Below are positions 18,440 to 24,000 of a stretch of 24,000 nt of DNA, one piece after another; position 1 is the first letter of the stretch; the number at the start of each line of letters is the position of its first letter. The translations under genes and the position numbers were made by a program. The DNA is from Pseudomonadales bacterium (GTDB lineage: Bacteria > Pseudomonadota > Gammaproteobacteria > Pseudomonadales > Endozoicomonadaceae), in NCBI GenBank assembly GCA_965205255.1, contig OZ242051.1, forward strand, positions 2,067,504-2,091,503, in the 5' to 3' direction. The notes under the pieces are model-generated. The model had not been told where the DNA came from. It saw only the letters and a program-made list of their open reading frames with translations, and searched no databases.

Positions 18440-18602
18440 ATAATCCCAAAACCTGCTTCTAACTTCTTATTGTGCTACTTTTTCATTCTTATCTTTATGT
18501 GTTGAAGCTCTTTACAATCGCTGGCTACTTCTCTTGACTTCGCCTTTAACAGAAAGCTATAAAAGCATGCTACATAACTGTAGCTAAAAACAGGTTATGG
18601 TC
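18440..18602 (+). mobile_element. Family-1 MITE-like repeat, full length (163 bp)
   Basis: The first 45 bp are about 89 percent identical to 17688-17732. Overall identity to 17688-17850 is roughly 70-75 percent by eye, in the same orientation. Termini are ATCCCAAAACCTGCTTCTAAC and GTAGCTAAAAACAGGTTATGG. Confidence 0.85.
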
Positions 18603-18703
18603 TTAGTTAGACAAAGCCAACGTTTATCATTTAGACGTTAAGTGGCTATTAATTTGATATAGTGAATTTTAACAAAATGCTTTTCAGTAGTTTGTCATGT
18701 GAG

Positions 18704-20110
18704 CTAGCAACTATAATACATATCAAACTCAACAGGATGTGTAATCTGGTGAACCCTTTCGCATTCAGCACGTTTGAGTCTAATGTATCCTTTTATCATA
18801 TCTTCTGAAAAAACATTACCTGCTGTAAGAAAAGCGTGATCTTGTTCCAGAACATCAAGTGCTTCTTCAAGACTTGATGCAACCTGAAGAATGTTTGCTT
18901 TTTCTTCCGGTGGTAAGTCGTATAAATCTTTATCAGCTGGATCACCTGGGTGAATCCGATTTTTAATACCATCTAATCCAGCCATTAAGATAGCAGAAAA
19001 TGCAAGATAGGGATTACCTGTTGGGTCAGGAAAACGAACTTCAACCCGCCGGGCTTTGGCGCTGTTTACAAAAGGTATACGGATAGAGGCAGAACGGTTA
19101 CACGAAGAATAAGCCAGCATGACAGGAGCTTCAAAACCGGGTATCAGGCGCTTATAAGAATTGGTTGAGGCGTTAGTGAATGCATTAAGGGCTTTAGCAT
19201 GTTTGATAATTCCACCAATATAAAATAATGCTGTTTCACTAAGACCTGCATAACCATCACCGGCAAAAATATTTTTACCATTTTTACTGATAGATGTATG
19301 AACATGCATGCCACTGCCATTATCTCCTACCAAAGGTTTTGGCATAAACGTTGCGGTTTTTCCATACGCATGAGCGACATTATGAATGCAATACTTTTGA
19401 ATTTGTACTTCGTCAGCCTTGCGGGTAAGCGTATTAAATTTTGTACCGATTTCACTCTGACCAGCAGTACCTACTTCATGGTGATGTACCTCAACTTCAA
19501 CACCCATTGCCTGCATTGCTTGACACATGGCTGTTCGTAAATCATGCAGAGAATCAACCGGAGGTACAGGGAAATATCCCCCTTTAATACCAGGACGATG
19601 CCCTGTATTGCCTTCGTCGTAGGTGTTATTACAAGACCATGCAGCTTCTTCGGAGTTGATTTCATAAGATGCACCAGAAATATCAACTTTCCACTTTACA
19701 TCATCGAATACAAAAAACTCAGGTTCCGGACCAAAATAAGCTTCATCACCAACCCCTGAAGCTTTCAGATAAGCCTCTGCACGCTTGGCTACGGAGCGTG
19801 GATCTCGCTCATAACCTTGCATCGTGGCAGGTTCGACTACATCACAACGTAAATTTAATGTAGGACTTTCTGTAAAAGGGTCAATCACCGCACTATTATC
19901 GTCAGGCATCAAAATCATGTCTGATTCATGAATGCCTTTCCAGCCGGCAATGGATGAACCGTCAAACATTTTACCAGCCTCAAAGAACTCGGCATCAATT
20001 TCTGTGGCAGGAAGGCTTACATGTTGTTCTTTGCCCTGAGTATCGGTGAATCGTAAATCAACCCACTCAATCTCATTGTCTTTAATTAGAGATTCTGTAT
20101 TAACCGCCAT
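18704..20110 (-). CDS. glnA: Glutamine synthetase, type I
   Basis: Full-length GSI: FDGSSI, GSGMHVH, NSYKRL, and the adenylylation-site context [10 protein letters not shown]. Confidence 0.97.
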   Translation of the reverse strand: MAVNTESLIKDNEIEWVDLRFTDTQGKEQHVSLPATEIDAEFFEAGKMFDGSSIAGWKGIHESDMILMPDDNSAVIDPFTESPTLNLRCDVVEPATMQGYERDPRSVAKRAEAYLKASGVGDEAYFGPEPEFFVFDDVKWKVDISGASYEINSEEAAWSCNNTYDEGNTGHRPGIKGGYFPVPPVDSLHDLRTAMCQAMQAMGVEVEVHHHEVGTAGQSEIGTKFNTLTRKADEVQIQKYCIHNVAHAYGKTATFMPKPLVGDNGSGMHVHTSISKNGKNIFAGDGYAGLSETALFYIGGIIKHAKALNAFTNASTNSYKRLIPGFEAPVMLAYSSCNRSASIRIPFVNSAKARRVEVRFPDPTGNPYLAFSAILMAGLDGIKNRIHPGDPADKDLYDLPPEEKANILQVASSLEEALDVLEQDHAFLTAGNVFSEDMIKGYIRLKRAECERVHQITHPVEFDMYYSC

Positions 20111-20242
20111 GGCTTAATATTCCTTGAATTAGTCATAAGTGTTAAAGTTAATTGCTGTGAAAAAGATAGCAGAAACTTGTTTGTGTTTACGAAAATCCAT
20201 GATGAAAACATTAATTTAAGTTTTACATCAAAAAAGCGGTAA

Positions 20243-20269
20243 ATTATAGAACACTTTGACTTCTGTCAA
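20243..20269 (-). promoter_or_regulatory. Candidate sigma70 promoter for glnA
   Basis: On the minus strand there is a perfect TTGACA (plus 20264-20269) and a perfect TATAAT (plus 20243-20248), separated by a 15-nt spacer. The -35 overlaps the leuS stop codon (20266-20268). Confidence 0.5.
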
Positions 20270-22866
20270 CATACTACAATATTCACCAGTTTTCCGGGCA
20301 CAACAATAGTCTTTTTTATCGTTTTTAACCCAATGAATTTCTCAATATTTTTATGTTTGATAGCAAGTGCTATAACCTCCTCTTTTCCGATGTTTGTCGG
20401 AACATTGATTTTAGCCCTTACTTTACCGTTTATCTGAATAACCAAGACTATACTGTCTTTGGTCAGTGCTTTTTCGTTAAAAGTTGGCCATTGTGCGTTA
20501 GCGATGTCGGTTTGTTCTTCAAAATGTTGCCAGATAGAGTGACAAATATGGGGTGTGACGGGTGCCATTAGCAAGGTCATGGCTTTAATTGCCTCTTTTT
20601 CAGTCTGGATTCCCGCAGGTGAGTTATCACTAAACTTTGTAATCATATTGCTCAACTCCATTACGGCTGCAATGGCAGTATTAAACGTTTGGCGACGACT
20701 TATATCATCACTGACTTTTTTTATTGTCTCATGTGTTTTTTGGTATAGTGCTTTTTGGTTAGCATCAAGCTCATCTACCGAGATATTGACAGTACTCTTA
20801 TCTTTGGTCAGGATGTTTTGAGCTAGTTTCCAGAAACGTTTTAAAAATCGGTGAGCACCCTCAACACCGGAGGATGACCACTCGAGGCTCTGTTCAGGTG
20901 GGGCAGCAAATAATGTATAAAGCCTGACTGTATCTGCCCCATATTTGTTAATCAACGCTTGTGGGTCCACACCATTGTTTTTGGATTTGGACATCTTAAC
21001 CATGCCACCGTGGAATAAAGATTCACCGGTTACTTTGTGTTTAGCGTTAAGAAGACGACCTTTATCATCGCGCTCAATAATAATATCATCTAGTGGCAAC
21101 CACTGCTTTACCCCTTTGTCATCCAGTTTATAAAAGGAGTCTGCCAGTACCATACCCTGACAAAGCAAACGCCTGAAAGGTTCATCACTTTCCACAAGAC
21201 CTGTATCACGTAAGAGTTTATGAAAGAACCGAGCGTATAAAAGGTGCATACAGGCATGCTCGATACCACCAATATACTGATCAACAGGTAGCCAATAGTT
21301 GGCAGCATTAGTATCAAGCATTCCCTGATTAAAGTCAGGAGAACAAAACCTTGCATAGTACCAGCTTGATTCCATAAAGGTATCAAAAGTATCTGTTTCC
21401 CGCAGGGCAGGCTGACCTTCATGCGTAACTTTTGCCCACTCTAAATCTGTTTTTATGGGAGAACTTACACCATTCATGACAACATTTTCTGGCAAAATAA
21501 CGGGCAATTCATTTTCAGGTACCGGAATCTCCGTACCATCTTCTAGGTAGCGCATTGGAATTGGAGTTCCCCAATAACGTTGACGACTCACACCCCAGTC
21601 TCTTAACCGATAATTAACCCTGCGCTGACCTTTGTTTTCTGCTTCAAGGTGCAATGCTATGGACTGAAAGGCTTGCTCAAAATTGAGACCATCAAATTCA
21701 CCTGAGTTGATGAGCACGCCTTTTTCAGTAATGGCCGATGTTGAAAGATCAGAAGATTTATCTCCTTCCAGCGAAATAACCTGTTGAACAGGTAATTGGT
21801 ATTTATGCGCAAATTCAAAGTCTCGCTGGTCGTGTGCAGGAACAGACATTACAGCACCTGAGCCATAATCGTTCAAAACAAAGTTTGCTGCCCAGATGGG
21901 AACCTGCTTGCCGGTAATGGGGTGAATCGCTTTAAGTCCAGTGTCCACACCTTTCTTTTCTATAGTCGCCATATCAGCTTCAGTGGTTGTAGTCGTACAA
22001 CACTCTTTTATAAAAGCTGCAAGCCCAAGGTTTGACTCCGCTGCCATTTTGCAGAGTAAATGTTCTGGCGCAATAGCCACATAGGAAACACCCATTAATG
22101 TATCAGGGCGCGTGGTGTATACACTCAATTGACTATCACAACCTTCAGGAGCATTAACAACCTGAAAAATAATGTCAACGCCTTCGCTTTTTCCTATCCA
22201 GTTGCGTTGCATAGCCTTCACCTGTTCAGGCCAGTCTGTCAGCGTATCAAGCATGTTTAGCAGTTCTTCAGCATAAGCTGTAATTTTAACAAACCACTGA
22301 GGAAGCTCTTTTCGTACTACCAACGTATCACAGCGCCAGCAACGTCCATTTTCAACCTGCTCGTTAGCCAGAACAGTTTGATCATTTGGGCACCAATTTA
22401 CTGCTGAAGATTTTTTGTAAACTAATCCTTTTTTATAAAGCTGAGTAAAAAACCATTGCTCCCATTGGTAGTAGTCTGGGGAGCAAGTGGCTATTTCTCT
22501 GTTCCAGTCAAATGAAAAACCAAGGCTTTTCAGTTGAGATTTCATGTCTTTAATATTATTTCTGGTCCAAAGGGCAGGTGCAGTATGGTGCTTTATGGCT
22601 GCACTTTCTGCCGGCATGCCAAAAGCATCCCAACCGATAGGTTGAAGAACGTTTTTTCCCTGCATACGCTGAAAAATGGCTATTGCATCACCAATCGCAT
22701 AGTTACGAACATGCCCTACATGAAGTTTGCCACTGGGGTAGGGGAACATAGACAGGCAATAAAATTTTTCCTGATCCCTATTTTCGGTGACTTCAAAAGT
22801 TCTTTTTTCAGCCCAGTAATTCTGAGCATCGCGTTCAATAGTCTGGGGGAAGTATTGTTCGTCCAT
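20266..22866 (-). CDS. leuS: Leucyl-tRNA synthetase
   Basis: HIGH motif ([15 protein letters not shown]), KMSKS motif (VKMSKSKNN) and a CP1 editing-domain region. 866 aa. Confidence 0.97.
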   Translation of the reverse strand: MDEQYFPQTIERDAQNYWAEKRTFEVTENRDQEKFYCLSMFPYPSGKLHVGHVRNYAIGDAIAIFQRMQGKNVLQPIGWDAFGMPAESAAIKHHTAPALWTRNNIKDMKSQLKSLGFSFDWNREIATCSPDYYQWEQWFFTQLYKKGLVYKKSSAVNWCPNDQTVLANEQVENGRCWRCDTLVVRKELPQWFVKITAYAEELLNMLDTLTDWPEQVKAMQRNWIGKSEGVDIIFQVVNAPEGCDSQLSVYTTRPDTLMGVSYVAIAPEHLLCKMAAESNLGLAAFIKECCTTTTTEADMATIEKKGVDTGLKAIHPITGKQVPIWAANFVLNDYGSGAVMSVPAHDQRDFEFAHKYQLPVQQVISLEGDKSSDLSTSAITEKGVLINSGEFDGLNFEQAFQSIALHLEAENKGQRRVNYRLRDWGVSRQRYWGTPIPMRYLEDGTEIPVPENELPVILPENVVMNGVSSPIKTDLEWAKVTHEGQPALRETDTFDTFMESSWYYARFCSPDFNQGMLDTNAANYWLPVDQYIGGIEHACMHLLYARFFHKLLRDTGLVESDEPFRRLLCQGMVLADSFYKLDDKGVKQWLPLDDIIIERDDKGRLLNAKHKVTGESLFHGGMVKMSKSKNNGVDPQALINKYGADTVRLYTLFAAPPEQSLEWSSSGVEGAHRFLKRFWKLAQNILTKDKSTVNISVDELDANQKALYQKTHETIKKVSDDISRRQTFNTAIAAVMELSNMITKFSDNSPAGIQTEKEAIKAMTLLMAPVTPHICHSIWQHFEEQTDIANAQWPTFNEKALTKDSIVLVIQINGKVRAKINVPTNIGKEEVIALAIKHKNIEKFIGLKTIKKTIVVPGKLVNIVVC

Positions 22867-23136
22867 TGGCTACCGGAAGCATTTGCTATTTACATTAGTA
22901 AAGAAAAGCAAAGGATACATGAGCCGGCAGAAATTGTCTTTAGCTTTACAGTTTTTTTTTATTTTAAGTGGTTGAAGGGGTGCTAACACCTAGATGGCTT
23001 TAGCGATCACTGAAGAAAAATCGATAACGTGACGGGAGTAATCGTCCTGCCGTTGAGCAGTGTTATGCGCAGGCAGGATAAATGTGTCTGAATAAATGAA
23101 CCTTTTCAGCAAGGGCTCAGGTTTTTAACAGTTCCA

Positions 23137-23493
23137 TTAGCTAAGTTTTTCTTTAATACGTGCAGATTTACCACTGCGCTCACGAAGGTAGTAAATTTTT
23201 CCTTTACGCACATCACCACGACGTTTCACTTCAATAGAGGAGATTAAAGGGCTGTATGTTTGAAATGCGCGTTCAACACCAACACCGCTGGAGATTTTTC
23301 GCACAGTAAAAGCAGAATTTAGCCCACGATTGCGTTTGGCAATCACCACACCTTCAAAGGCCTGCAAGCGTTCACGTGTGCCTTCTTTAACTTTTACCTG
23401 AACAACTACTGTATCACCGGCACTAAACTTAGGAACATCTTTGTTCATTTGTTCAGCTTCCAGTTGTTGAATAATTTTGTTTTTGCTCATCAC
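23137..23493 (-). CDS. rplS: 50S ribosomal protein L19
   Basis: Colinear with E. coli L19 ([46 protein letters not shown]). AGGAG SD 6 nt upstream of the first ATG. Confidence 0.96.
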   Translation of the reverse strand: MMSKNKIIQQLEAEQMNKDVPKFSAGDTVVVQVKVKEGTRERLQAFEGVVIAKRNRGLNSAFTVRKISSGVGVERAFQTYSPLISSIEVKRRGDVRKGKIYYLRERSGKSARIKEKLS

Positions 23494-23533
23494 ATACTCC
23501 TAAGTCGAATAAATATGGATTCTAATCCATCCA

Positions 23534-24000
23534 TTAAAGATTGCTGTCAGTCTTGCCAGAAGTCTGGGTATCGAATAAGCCTGCCTGGTACTCTTCAATA
23601 AATTCATTGAGTAACTTCAGTTCGCCTTCTGACTGCTTTCGGTATTTCAACAGATCAGGACGCTTCAGCCAGGTTCGTCCCAACGATTGCTTTAACCGCC
23701 ACCTTTTGATTTTCTGATGGTGTCCTGTAAGCAATATGTCAGGGATACGTTGCCCTGCCAGTATTTCTGGTCGTGTATAATGCGGACAATCAAGCAACCC
23801 CTCTGCAAACGAATCTTCTTTTGCAGAATCTTTATGACCTAGAGTTCCCGGAACTAAGCGTGATATAGCATCAATCATCAATGTGGCGGGTATTTCTCCA
23901 CCACTTAAAACGTAATCTCCAACAGACCACTCCTCATCAATCTCAGATTCAATGAGGCGTTCATCAATGCCTTCATACCGACCAGCGACTAAAATAAGAT
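23534..24000 (-). CDS. trmD: tRNA (guanine37-N1)-methyltransferase TrmD (partial; N-terminus beyond the window end)
   Basis: The frame stays open beyond the track Met at 23881 up to base 24000 ([12 protein letters not shown]...[35 protein letters not shown]). trmD-rplS synteny is present. Confidence 0.93.
   Translation of the reverse strand, partial: LILVAGRYEGIDERLIESEIDEEWSVGDYVLSGGEIPATLMIDAISRLVPGTLGHKDSAKEDSFAEGLLDCPHYTRPEILAGQRIPDILLTGHHQKIKRWRLKQSLGRTWLKRPDLLKYRKQSEGELKLLNEFIEEYQAGLFDTQTSGKTDSNL

Noticed and set aside
23045-23125. Hairpins downstream of rplS (TCCTGCC...GGCAGGA at 23045-23078, and AACCT...AGGTT near 23100-23124) considered as the rplS terminator.
   Set aside because: The GC-rich hairpin has a 20-nt loop and no T run on either strand. 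The second has only a 5-bp stem. Neither meets the criteria for an intrinsic terminator.

Overview
This is an AT-rich chromosomal segment of gammaproteobacterial type, judged by gene content and synteny; I cannot name the organism. Gene calls rest on motifs and synteny that I recognise, since no database search was possible. Most of the window is housekeeping: a holD-like gene plus rimI, can, a SEC-C motif protein, an ETHE1-type persulfide dioxygenase, and ispB divergent from rplU-rpmA-obg. It continues with an MFS sugar porter, rpsT, an EmrA/EmrB-like efflux pair, purA, a translationally coupled flavoprotein-rhodanese pair, glnA, leuS and trmD-rplS. I saw no rRNA, tRNA, CRISPR array, transposase or integrase. 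The unusual content is intergenic. A family of about 135-165 bp palindromic MITE-like repeats occurs in at least five clear copies or fragments, plus weaker remnants. A second, 121-bp MITE-like family has 30-bp near-perfect terminal inverted repeats. These repeats bracket the few non-core genes: the sugar porter, a 167-aa unknown protein and an orphan secreted Cys-rich protein. One repeat terminus carries an outward-facing TGnTATAAT extended -10. Other points worth a second look are the possible split persulfide-reductase-like flavoprotein/rhodanese operon, a 23-codon hydrophobic sORF with a very strong SD between a promoter and a weak terminator, and an 880-bp near-empty spacer upstream of purA holding a terminator-like hairpin. 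I did not find a recognisable multi-gene defence or secretion system, and all novelty claims here are hypotheses.
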